From an uncultured Alphaproteobacteria bacterium (GTDB taxonomy: Bacteria > Pseudomonadota > Alphaproteobacteria > HIMB59 > GCA-002718135): a stretch of DNA of 64,000 nucleotides. Made by a program: the position numbers and the translations under genes. The stretch covers positions 515 through 64,514 of the forward strand of contig CACBQR010000002.1 in assembly GCA_902541435.1 (NCBI GenBank), written 5' to 3'. The notes beneath the pieces were generated by a model. That model was not told the origin of the DNA, made no database searches, and saw only the letters and a list, made by a program, of their open reading frames with translations. Within the stretch, counting starts at the first letter, position 1. Each line of letters begins with the position of its first letter. Positions 37,081-46,220 of the stretch are shown here, piece by piece.

Positions 37081-38676
37081 TTAGTTTTTTATTGATTTAG
37101 TAATTGTTCTGTTAAGAAAAATTACCGGTCCTAATCCAGCAATAACGATAATTAGAGCTGCAAATGCTGACTCCTCCAACATTTCATCAGAGGCATATTG
37201 ATAAACATAGGTTGCTAGTGTCTCAAAATTAAATGGTCTTAATAAAAGTGTTATTGGAAGTTCTTTTAAGATATCTACGAAAACTAATATTCCTCCAACT
37301 AATAAATTTGTATACAGCAAGGGTAATATAATTTTTCTTATACTTTTGAAAAAGCTAACACCCATTGTTCTTGATGCATCTAATAAGTTTGGATGAATTC
37401 TTGAAATACCTGATGAAATTGCTCCATTACCAACAGCTAAAAATCTTATACTATACGCGAATAATAAAATTATAAATCCACCAACAGCATAACTCATACG
37501 AAAATAAATTAAATCATTAAGCCACCCAACAAATACCACTATTCCAACAGCAAGAATTGTTCCTGGAAAAGCATAACCAGAAGAAGCAAAAAATATTAAA
37601 ATTTTATGGAAATTATTTGATTTATATGCCCCAACTATAATCATTAATAAGGATAGCAACATAATGAATGATGAAGAAATAAATGCTAAAGATATACTTG
37701 ATAGTGTTATTTGAAAAATTTCAAAAAAATTTATTATAGAATAACCTTTAATTACAAAATTCAATAAAATTGAAACAGGTATTATAAAACCAAGACTTAA
37801 AGGTATTAGGCAAATCAAAAACAATAAAGAATTTTTGACACCAGAAACTGTTTGGGTTGGTGTATAAGATGCACCACTATATTTTTCATGAAATTTTCTG
37901 CTACGCCTACCCAAATACTCTAAAGTTAAAAGTACTATAACAATCATAAATAAAATACTAGAAATCTGTGATGCGCCAGATAGACTATTCATTCCTAGCC
38001 AAACATTAAACACACCTAAGGTTAATGTTTCAATTGCAAAATAATCAACTGTCCCAAAATCAGAAATTGTTTCCATTAGTACTAATGCCAAACCTGCAAT
38101 TATACCCGGACGACCAAATGGAATAGCAACGTTGAAGAAGGAATTCCTTCCGTAAATAGAACTAGTTTGAAAAAAAGATATAGGTGTCGTTATAAATGAT
38201 GCTCTAGTCATTAAATATACATATGGATACAGTACAGAGGACATTACCAAAATTGCACCTCCCATTGATCGCACATTTGGAAACCAGTAATCTTTCGTGC
38301 TCGTCCAACCAAATATGTCTCTTAACAATGATTGAAGAGGGCCAGCATATTCAAAAAAGTCGGTATAAGTATAGGCAATAATATAGGCTGGGACAGCAGC
38401 TGGTAATAATAACATCCATTCAAAAAATTTTTTCCCAAAAAAATTATATCTTGTCACTATCCAAGCAGTAGTTAAACCAAAGACTAAACTCAATCCTCCA
38501 ACACCAAACATTAGAATTATTGTATTGGTCAGATATCTGGGCAAAACAGTTGAGAATAAATGTGGCCATAGTGATGTATCGCCTAAGATCGCGTAATAAA
38601 ATATTGAAAAAATAGGGGCGATAATTACTAAAGCAATTATCGCCACAGAATTGGACCATAAATTAAAATTTATCAA
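37081..38676 (-). CDS. Fe3+ ABC transporter permease (fused two-domain, FbpB-like)
   Basis: 531 aa, about 12 TM, duplicated BPD-type permease modules. Confidence 0.8.
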   Translation of the reverse strand: MINFNLWSNSVAIIALVIIAPIFSIFYYAILGDTSLWPHLFSTVLPRYLTNTIILMFGVGGLSLVFGLTTAWIVTRYNFFGKKFFEWMLLLPAAVPAYIIAYTYTDFFEYAGPLQSLLRDIFGWTSTKDYWFPNVRSMGGAILVMSSVLYPYVYLMTRASFITTPISFFQTSSIYGRNSFFNVAIPFGRPGIIAGLALVLMETISDFGTVDYFAIETLTLGVFNVWLGMNSLSGASQISSILFMIVIVLLTLEYLGRRSRKFHEKYSGASYTPTQTVSGVKNSLLFLICLIPLSLGFIIPVSILLNFVIKGYSIINFFEIFQITLSSISLAFISSSFIMLLSLLMIIVGAYKSNNFHKILIFFASSGYAFPGTILAVGIVVFVGWLNDLIYFRMSYAVGGFIILLFAYSIRFLAVGNGAISSGISRIHPNLLDASRTMGVSFFKSIRKIILPLLYTNLLVGGILVFVDILKELPITLLLRPFNFETLATYVYQYASDEMLEESAFAALIIVIAGLGPVIFLNRTITKSIKN

Positions 38677-38693
38677 AACAGTTAACCTATAAT

Positions 38694-39707
38694 TTACCAG
38701 CCTACTCTATCAATGATTTTCTGAGCTACGGGAGCAAGTTCTGCAAGTTTTTCAACAGGCAGTTTATCTTCTTTAAACTCGCCCCATGATTTTAACTCAT
38801 CAGTCAATTGCATATCTGGATTAACCGGATATTCATAGTTTATAGAACTGTAAAGGACTTGTGCTTTTGGCTGAGTAAGAAATTCAAGTAGTGCAATCGC
38901 ATTGTCTTTATTTTTAGAGTACTTAATCACACCTCCGCCAGCAACATTAATGTGATTCCCTCTATCTTTTTGATTAGTAAAAACCAACTCTATTGAGTTA
39001 GCCCACTCTTTTTGTTCCGGATTCTTTTCATTAAATTTCATTTTTCCAAAATAATATGTATTCATTACAGCAATATCACAGACACCTTCATAAATTGCTT
39101 TTGCTTGAGCTCTATCATTACCCTCAGGTTTACGTGCTAAATTTGCAACAATGCCTGCAGCCCATTCTTCAGCAATAACTTCTCCATTTGCAGCAATTAT
39201 TGAAGCTAAAAGTGATCTATTGTAGTCATGGCTACCAGGTCTTGTACAAATTTTACCTTTCCATTTTGGATCAGATAAATCTTCTATTCTTTTAATTGAG
39301 TCTGTAGATACTCTTTCTTTTGATATTGCAACAATTCTAGCTCTCTTTGAAAGTGCAAACCATTTATTATTACTATCTCTTAAATGATTTGGGATATTCA
39401 TATTCAAAATATCTGAGTTAATTGATTGCAAAATATCCTTTTCAACAAATTGGTTTAACCTTGCTATATCAACTGTTAATACCAAGTCAGCAGGTGTATC
39501 TTCACCTTCAGCTAAAACTCTTTCTAGCAATCCTTTTTTTGCATGTAAAACATTTACCTTTATGCCAGTCAATTTTGTAAATTCCTCAAAGAAAGGATCT
39601 ATTAAAATTGGCTGCCTGTAAGAATAAACATTAACCTCTTTGGCAAACAAGTTTAGTGAAATTGTAGATGCAATTAGTATCAATAGTAATCTAAAAATAA
39701 TTTTCAT
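38694..39707 (-). CDS. Fe3+ ABC transporter substrate-binding protein (FbpA/AfuA/SfuA-like)
   Basis: 337 aa with signal peptide. VNVYSYRQP...L and other FbpA-type blocks. Confidence 0.8.
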   Translation of the reverse strand: MKIIFRLLLILIASTISLNLFAKEVNVYSYRQPILIDPFFEEFTKLTGIKVNVLHAKKGLLERVLAEGEDTPADLVLTVDIARLNQFVEKDILQSINSDILNMNIPNHLRDSNNKWFALSKRARIVAISKERVSTDSIKRIEDLSDPKWKGKICTRPGSHDYNRSLLASIIAANGEVIAEEWAAGIVANLARKPEGNDRAQAKAIYEGVCDIAVMNTYYFGKMKFNEKNPEQKEWANSIELVFTNQKDRGNHINVAGGGVIKYSKNKDNAIALLEFLTQPKAQVLYSSINYEYPVNPDMQLTDELKSWGEFKEDKLPVEKLAELAPVAQKIIDRVGW

Positions 39708-39724
39708 ATAACCTTCTTTTTTTT

Positions 39725-39747
39725 GTGGAGATAATAAATATCTCCAC
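39725..39747 (-). promoter_or_regulatory. Perfect 8-bp-stem hairpin / inverted repeat in the leader of the Fe3+ SBP gene
   Basis: GTGGAGAT-AATAAAT-ATCTCCAC, 18 nt upstream of the start codon at 39707. The core GATAAT...ATATC is loosely Fur-box-like. Confidence 0.4.
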
Positions 39748-40005
39748 GTTCTATGATTAAGAATCTAATTAAAAATTATCAGAATACTTATCTAGATCTA
39801 TATAAATTTTTTTTTGATATCAGTGTTGTTAAAATTTATGAAATTAGATTTATTCTAAATTTAAAGTAAAAAATGTTGGGGTTGATTTATTTTATAATGA
39901 AACTGTCTAGAATAAGTTAAGTTAATTTTAAAAAAATTATAAATCGTAATGTTTGTTAAAATAAGGAAATTCATTATGTATCAATCTACTTCTATCTAAT
40001 ACAAA

Positions 40006-41184
40006 GTGACATATCAGATAGAAAAAATTATAAAATTATTGATATGGATAATAATATGTCTAATAAAACCGGTTATGTATAAATTAATAGATTTATTGCT
40101 TAGAGATAATCAAATCCTAAGTATTGCCAATATTTCTTCCATAAACAGTATTGATAAATCCAAACTTAACTATCAAGCATATTTAGAAATAGAAAATCTA
40201 AACATCGAAAGTTTCATTAGCAAAAATAAAAATACATATGATCTAATAATTTTTGACATCAAAGATAATGAAGCTCAAAAAAATTTTCCTGATAATCTTA
40301 AAAAAATTATTAAGTTTTGCTCAAATACTATTATTCTAAAAGTAGATTACTCAAATTCTGGTGAGAAAAATAAAAACCTTTTAGAAACTAATAAGCTAAA
40401 GACAATAATTTTAGAAATTATTAAAAAAGATTTTGCTTTCCAATTATTTCCAGCACAAGAAAATCAATTACAACAAAATTTTGTTTTAATTGCAAAAAGT
40501 AATATTTCTCTTTCTAGGCCAAATCCTTTAAATATCAATCATGCAATAACAGACTTTAGTGCCATAAAAGATGATTATTTTTATGTTGCAGAAGGTTTTA
40601 AAGCAAATAATTTGAGAAAAGAAGTTAATGAATGTTTACCTTTTGTAAGGTCAAAGAACCATGCTATTGATGTTGGAGCTAGACATGGTTGCTTTACTAG
40701 AGCTCTTTTTAATGAAGGTTTTAAGAAAGTTACATCCTTTGAATTAGTTAGTCACTTTAGAGAGGCTTTCCTTAAAAATGTTGACACTAGAAATGTAGAT
40801 TTTTTCAATACTGGACTTTACGATAAAAAAACCCGGATTAAATTTGAAGGAAGAGCTGGTAAAGGAATAGCTGGTGTAAATGTTAATGATGGAAAGTTAG
40901 TCTATAGTCTGGATTGTTTTGATTTCACAGAATTAGATTTATTAAAAATCGATGTTGATGGGTGTGAAAGACAAATACTTAGGGGAGCAAAAAATTTAAT
41001 AAAAAAATTTAAACCTGTAGTGCATATTGAAACTGAAGATATTCAACTAAGACATGACCCAGAAAATCTTAAAAGGATTGAAGATATTTACCAATGGCTT
41101 TTAGATAATGAGGGTTATAAAATTGGGGTAAAAAATAATACAAAAGTTAGCAGAGGCAGAAATACTGTTTTGTACTACACCTAA
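40006..41184 (+). CDS. FkbM-family methyltransferase with uncharacterised N-terminal ~190-aa extension
   Basis: The C-terminal half has AIDVGARHGCFT...LLKIDVDGCE..IL.GA......KP.V.IE, typical of the FkbM family. One TM-like N-terminal helix. GTG start is uncertain (alternative ATG at 40075). Confidence 0.6.
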   Translation: MTYQIEKIIKLLIWIIICLIKPVMYKLIDLLLRDNQILSIANISSINSIDKSKLNYQAYLEIENLNIESFISKNKNTYDLIIFDIKDNEAQKNFPDNLKKIIKFCSNTIILKVDYSNSGEKNKNLLETNKLKTIILEIIKKDFAFQLFPAQENQLQQNFVLIAKSNISLSRPNPLNINHAITDFSAIKDDYFYVAEGFKANNLRKEVNECLPFVRSKNHAIDVGARHGCFTRALFNEGFKKVTSFELVSHFREAFLKNVDTRNVDFFNTGLYDKKTRIKFEGRAGKGIAGVNVNDGKLVYSLDCFDFTELDLLKIDVDGCERQILRGAKNLIKKFKPVVHIETEDIQLRHDPENLKRIEDIYQWLLDNEGYKIGVKNNTKVSRGRNTVLYYT

Positions 41185-41287
41185 TAAGTTTTAGTAACAT
41201 TTTAAGTTAAATATTATTTATAAATTTTAGCTAGTGTAATCATTTAGAACAAATGTTTTTATTAGGTTGCAACCTAAATAAATTGCT

Positions 41288-41308
41288 AGGGGCCACACTT
41301 TGGCCCCT
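41288..41308. terminator. GC-rich hairpin between convergent genes (candidate bidirectional terminator)
   Basis: AGGGGCC-ACACTTT-GGCCCCT, located between the FkbM-like (+) and hsp20 (-) 3' ends. The flanking T-tracts are weak. Confidence 0.5.
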
Positions 41309-41316
41309 ATCCAAAA

Positions 41317-41754
41317 CTACTTTATTGAAATTAATCTAGCTTTTTTTTCTTCTGGAATAATTCTCTCCAAATCAATCGCTAAAAGTCCATTCTTCAATTC
41401 AGCATCTTTAACTTTGATATCTTCTGAAATTGTGAACGATCTTTCAAACTGTCTTGTTGAGATTCCTTTATGGATTACACCATTACCATTTTCATTAACC
41501 ACTTTTTCTTTAGGTTTATTTCTAACAGTTAGGTTGTTTTCTTTTAATTCAATCTCAATATCTTCTTTACTATATCCAGCGAGAGCAACTTCAATTTTAT
41601 AGTTATGCTCATCAACTCTATGAATATTGTAGGGTGGATAATTTGTATTGTATCTTTCCGTAGACTCCAACATTCTATCAAATTCATCAAAAATTGAGTC
41701 AAATCCAACAGAAAATGGTCTTAGAGAATTCCAAACGGATAGGTTTCTAGTCAT
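41317..41754 (-). CDS. small heat-shock protein, Hsp20/IbpA family
   Basis: Alpha-crystallin domain YKIEVALAGYSKEDIEIEL...GLL.I.LER. The start is taken at the internal ATG (MTRNLSVWN...) rather than 41796. Confidence 0.8.
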   Translation of the reverse strand: MTRNLSVWNSLRPFSVGFDSIFDEFDRMLESTERYNTNYPPYNIHRVDEHNYKIEVALAGYSKEDIEIELKENNLTVRNKPKEKVVNENGNGVIHKGISTRQFERSFTISEDIKVKDAELKNGLLAIDLERIIPEEKKARLISIK

Positions 41755-41851
41755 AATAACTCCTTTATTAAGCAAGTTTATTTTGCCTGCACCCACAATG
41801 GCATACAGACATATATTATGTGGGGATGATTGTGTTTAATTCAAGTCTTTG

Positions 41852-42508
41852 TTATTTTTTTCTTATAAACGACAATCCATCAGAGAGTGGTAAAAGAGAG
41901 AATTCCACTCTTGTATCATTTTGTATTTTTAAATTTAAATCACGGATAGTTTTTGTTTGAGAGTCTTGTTTAGTTTCATCTGCCACATCACCATGCCAAA
42001 GCATATTATCAATAATTATTATCCCATTAGAGACTAATAAATTCAGAGACAATTCATAATAATTTGGATAATTATTTTTATCAGCATCTATAAAAATTAA
42101 GTCATAACTCTGTTGACGGTCTATCATGCTTTGCATTACCTCAACACCATCTCCAATAATCGATTCAATTTTTGAGCTCATTTTATCTAATTCCCAATAT
42201 TTTTTTGCTAAGGATAAAAATTCATCTGAATTATCAACAGTTACGATTTTCCCTGATTCAGGTATACCTCTAGCCAAAAACAAAGTGCTCATCCCTGTAA
42301 ACCTTCCAATTTCTAAACAGTTTTTAGCATTAGAAATTTTAGTTATCATTTCTAAAAACTGACCTTGTTCTTTTGCAATCTGCATTTGGGAAACACTACC
42401 AAGTTTTAAAGTTTCATTTTCTAGTTCAGTAATTATTTTATCTTCTCGGTAACCTACGCTTTGTAAGTATTGCACAAGTGCTTCATTAATTTCAGTTTGA
42501 GTGCTCAT
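41852..42508 (-). CDS. class-I SAM-dependent O-methyltransferase (caffeoyl-CoA OMT-like, Methyltransf_3)
   Basis: 218 aa. LEIGRFTGMSTLFLA (motif I), FIDADK, NGIIIIDN.LW.G. 1-nt stop/start overlap with deoA. Confidence 0.75.
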   Translation of the reverse strand: MSTQTEINEALVQYLQSVGYREDKIITELENETLKLGSVSQMQIAKEQGQFLEMITKISNAKNCLEIGRFTGMSTLFLARGIPESGKIVTVDNSDEFLSLAKKYWELDKMSSKIESIIGDGVEVMQSMIDRQQSYDLIFIDADKNNYPNYYELSLNLLVSNGIIIIDNMLWHGDVADETKQDSQTKTIRDLNLKIQNDTRVEFSLLPLSDGLSFIRKK

Positions 42509-43818
42509 TAATTTATGGTTTCAAATATTTCAGATAGTTTTTGAGTTTTTTTATCTGAAATAATGAAACAGCCTTTTATTTTATTTATTAAATTATCATC
42601 TATATTTTTACTTGAGTATAAACTTAACAGAGGAGTTGAGGAATTTACTTCATCACCTATATTGAGAACATTATCATATCCAACTCCATAATTTATTTTA
42701 TCGGTAACCTGTTTTCTTCCACCTCCAAGTTCAATAAGTATAAGGCCTAATTCTCTGGTATGAATATTTTCTATCCACCCACCCTCCATAGAAAATATAT
42801 CTTTTTTAATAGATGTTATAGTTAGATCTTTTTCATAAGATGTTAAAATATTTTTTGGTCCACCCAAGGCTGCAACCATCATTTCAAATTTTTCTGCAGC
42901 TAGTCCATTATTAATAACAGTATTAATTTTATTATAAGCCTCTTCTTTTGAAATTTTATAAATGTTTACTAATAGCGAAGATATTAATTCATTAGTGATC
43001 TTCTCTAATCGATGATCTTTAAAATCATTTTTAATATATTTTATGCATTCTAATATCTCCAGTGTATGACCAGCACTTTTACCTAGGACCTGATTCATAT
43101 CCGTTAATATAGCTTCGCAATGTAAACCTGCTCCTTTAGCGACTCTTACTAAGGAGTTGGATAAATCTCTTGCTATATCAATAGTGCTATTAAAAGATCC
43201 ATTACCAACTTTTACATCAAGTACTAAAGATGAAAGACCGCTTGCAATTTTTTTTGAAAGAATAGATGATGTTATTAAAGGTAAAGATTCTACTGTACCT
43301 ACAATATCCCTTATAGAATATAATTTTTTATCAGCTGGTGCTAAATTAGAGGTTTGACCAATAATTGCACAACCAACGTCTTTTACAACTTTTTTAAAAG
43401 TTTCTAAATCAGGCTTTGTATTGTACCCAGGTATTGAATCAAATTTATCTAGAGTACCACCGGTATGACCCAAACCTCTACCTGAAATCATAGGTACATA
43501 CAGTCCACAAGCTGCAAGTATTGGTGCTAAAATAACGCTCGTCTTGTCTCCAACACCACCAGTTGAGTGCTTATCACAAACCAACTCAGAATCTACAATC
43601 TCAGACCAATTTAGTGTATCGCCTGAGTTCGTCATCGCTTCAGTTAAACAAACAGTTTCTTCAGGAGTCATTCCATTTGAAAATATTGCCATGCTCATTG
43701 CTGCAATTTGCGCATCTGAAAAAGATCCATTTGTTAAACCGTCTACAAAAAAGTTGATATCTTCTTTTGATAGATCTTTGTTGTCTCTTTTTTTTCTAAT
43801 TATCTCTTGAGGTATCAT
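42508..43818 (-). CDS. deoA: thymidine phosphorylase
   Basis: 436 aa. N-terminal QEIIRKKRD, HSTGGVGDKTS, SGRGLGHTGGTLDK. Confidence 0.9.
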   Translation of the reverse strand: MIPQEIIRKKRDNKDLSKEDINFFVDGLTNGSFSDAQIAAMSMAIFSNGMTPEETVCLTEAMTNSGDTLNWSEIVDSELVCDKHSTGGVGDKTSVILAPILAACGLYVPMISGRGLGHTGGTLDKFDSIPGYNTKPDLETFKKVVKDVGCAIIGQTSNLAPADKKLYSIRDIVGTVESLPLITSSILSKKIASGLSSLVLDVKVGNGSFNSTIDIARDLSNSLVRVAKGAGLHCEAILTDMNQVLGKSAGHTLEILECIKYIKNDFKDHRLEKITNELISSLLVNIYKISKEEAYNKINTVINNGLAAEKFEMMVAALGGPKNILTSYEKDLTITSIKKDIFSMEGGWIENIHTRELGLILIELGGGRKQVTDKINYGVGYDNVLNIGDEVNSSTPLLSLYSSKNIDDNLINKIKGCFIISDKKTQKLSEIFETIN

Positions 43819-44626
43819 CGAATTGAACTTCTTGTATAAATTGTTTAATTAAATTTAAAACATTGTTCTCTGCTAAACTTGCATTCTCTAAAGTTTCCTG
43901 ATGACTTAATTTTGTTTTATTCATACCAGCAGCTAAGTTGGTGATTACGCTGATACCAATAACGGGAAGTCCGCAATGATTAGCAACTAAAACTTCTGGT
44001 ACTGTAGACATTCCAACTGCATTTCCACCTATTACTTTTAAGGCATTGATTTCAGCAGGAGTTTCAAAATTTGGTCCTGAGTACATACAATAGATACCTT
44101 CATAAATTTTTTGATCTATTTTTTTAGCGACTTGTATTAACTGATCTCTATAAAACTTGTGATACCCATCACTCATATCATGAAAGCGAGGGCCATACTC
44201 TTCAGCATTAGGTCCAATAAGTGGATTAAAACCACTCCAGTTAATATGATCTTTAATTGCCATTAAACTGCCAGCCGGCATAGCTTCATCTAAACTACCT
44301 GCTGCATTTGTAACAACTAATAACTTAGACCCAATGTCCTTTAATACTCTTATGGGTAAAGCTAAACTTTGAGGATTATGCCCCTCATAAATATGTGATC
44401 TTCCATACATACAAACAACATTTAAAGTATTTATTTTTCCTAAAACTAATTTACCTGCGTGACCCTTGACAGTTGGCTGTGGAAAATCAGCTAACTGTTC
44501 ATATGAGATTGATTCCTGAATATCTTTTTCTTCAAAAAAATTAGTTAGTCCGCTTCCTAAAATTACAGCAATGTCTGGTGAAGTATTACTAGTTATCTCT
44601 AAAAATTTTTTGGCCGAAGGTAACAT
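43796..44626 (-). CDS. purine nucleoside phosphorylase (trimeric PNP/PunA type)
   Basis: 276 aa. ILGSGL, GRSHIYEG, GPNFETPAE, VGMSTVPE. Confidence 0.85.
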   Translation of the reverse strand: MLPSAKKFLEITSNTSPDIAVILGSGLTNFFEEKDIQESISYEQLADFPQPTVKGHAGKLVLGKINTLNVVCMYGRSHIYEGHNPQSLALPIRVLKDIGSKLLVVTNAAGSLDEAMPAGSLMAIKDHINWSGFNPLIGPNAEEYGPRFHDMSDGYHKFYRDQLIQVAKKIDQKIYEGIYCMYSGPNFETPAEINALKVIGGNAVGMSTVPEVLVANHCGLPVIGISVITNLAAGMNKTKLSHQETLENASLAENNVLNLIKQFIQEVQFDDTSRDN

Positions 44627-45042
44627 TAAAGATTCTCTGGGCCAAAAGAATCTGGAAGTAATTCTTCGAGCGTAGATGTTTTCATATGACCATTTTCATT
44701 ACACATATGAATCTTAGTATCTAAAGTGGCAAATTCTCTTAACCTCTGTCTACAACCACCGCAAGGTGAGCATAATAATTCACCTGAGCCTATAACCACA
44801 ACTTCTAAAATTTTTTTGTTTCCATTAGATATCATATTTCCAATTGCAGTTGCTTCGGCACACTGGGATTGAGGATAGGCAGCATTTTCGACATTACAAC
44901 CAGTAATAATTTTACTATCTTCTGTTAGAAAAGCTGCTCCTACTTTAAAATTTGAATAAGGCACATGAGCTTGCTCTCTAACTTTTTTTGCAGCCTTGAA
45001 TAAACTATCAAAATTTTCTGAAACCATATTGTTGTTTAACAT
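44626..45042 (-). CDS. cdd: cytidine deaminase
   Basis: 138 aa. CAEATAI and PCGGCRQ zinc-binding motifs. Confidence 0.9.
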   Translation of the reverse strand: MLNNNMVSENFDSLFKAAKKVREQAHVPYSNFKVGAAFLTEDSKIITGCNVENAAYPQSQCAEATAIGNMISNGNKKILEVVVIGSGELLCSPCGGCRQRLREFATLDTKIHMCNENGHMKTSTLEELLPDSFGPENL

Positions 45043-45068
45043 GAAATTACTAAAAAAATTATTTATTT

Positions 45069-46220
45069 CTAAATCTTAAACAATTCTTGAGACAAATCAG
45101 GAAGTTCGTCTCCCCAAAAAACTTCTTTACGTAAAAATTCTGGATCTTGGTTAAAACAAACAGACATTGCAGAATTATAAACAGCCCTTGAGTCAATAGT
45201 CGAATTTAGATCTCTTCCCTCAAATAATTCTTTCTTTTTTAGTCCAGGCCAATCTGTATAAACTTGAGATTTTTTTAGCAAGCCTCCAGCCATTAGTATT
45301 GCACTTCCATATCCATGCTCAGTTCCATAACCTCCATTTTGTTTTATAGTTCGGCCAAATTCAGTCAGAGTGAGAATTAATGTATTATCAAATGCTTGGC
45401 CAAGATTTTCATGTAGAATAGTAACAATCTTATTTACTTCTTCTAGTTCATCAGCATGCGCTCCATCAACACCTCCTTGAGCAGCATGGGTATCAAAACC
45501 ATCTAAATCAAATACAGCAACTCGAGGACCACTTTGATCTTTTAATTGTTTAGCAGCTTCAAGAGCAAGTTTTTTTCTATCATCAGAGTCAGTAGCTATT
45601 TGCATAGACAATGGTCTTTGTCTTATTGTATCAAGTGTAGATTTAATTAGCTCGTTATGCTCACCCTTAAATTCATTATAAATTTGATCTATTAACTTTG
45701 TTTCAACAAAATCTGGTGATGGGAAGAAATTATTATTCTGTGGCACACCTCTTAGTAAAAGTGGCATTGGTAAAGATATTGCCAAACCTTTTCCTATAAT
45801 ATTTGAAGCTAGTAACCCCCTACCAAGCCATCCTGTTTTTTCTTTGTATGGAATGTGCGCTCCAGTTTCCATTAAATTTTGTCCATCAAAATGTGATCTG
45901 CCTGTGTAAGGAATATTTGTTGCATGAACAATTGCCGCTTGATTTTTTTGCCAGAGTTTATGAAAAATTTCTAATTTAGGATGAAGGCCGAAGTCACTGT
46001 TCAAATTAAGAACGTCTTCCAGAATGAGTTTTTTTCTTAATTTTTTGAGACGTTTATCTCCAATAACAGGAACAGCTGTTAAACCATCCATTCCTCCACG
46101 AAGTGATATAATAATTAGATTTTTTTTCTGCATTGAAGCAAAACTTATTTTTGGAAAATATCCAGAAAGAAACAATGTTGTTGATCCTCCAATTAAAAAA
46201 TTTCTTCTTGTGCAGTTCAT
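45069..46220 (-). CDS. DUF1501 domain protein (Tat-signal, sulfatase-fold-like)
   Basis: 383 aa. TRRNFLIGG twin-arginine N-terminus and a GFDTHA block. Paired with DUF1800, which is typical. Confidence 0.65.
   Translation of the reverse strand: MNCTRRNFLIGGSTTLFLSGYFPKISFASMQKKNLIIISLRGGMDGLTAVPVIGDKRLKKLRKKLILEDVLNLNSDFGLHPKLEIFHKLWQKNQAAIVHATNIPYTGRSHFDGQNLMETGAHIPYKEKTGWLGRGLLASNIIGKGLAISLPMPLLLRGVPQNNNFFPSPDFVETKLIDQIYNEFKGEHNELIKSTLDTIRQRPLSMQIATDSDDRKKLALEAAKQLKDQSGPRVAVFDLDGFDTHAAQGGVDGAHADELEEVNKIVTILHENLGQAFDNTLILTLTEFGRTIKQNGGYGTEHGYGSAILMAGGLLKKSQVYTDWPGLKKKELFEGRDLNSTIDSRAVYNSAMSVCFNQDPEFLRKEVFWGDELPDLSQELFKI

Noticed and set aside
41300-41839. ORFs 41300-41602 (+) and 41648-41839 (+) opposite hsp20
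   Set aside because: They are antisense to a gene with a clear alpha-crystallin domain and have low-complexity S/L/F-rich translations.
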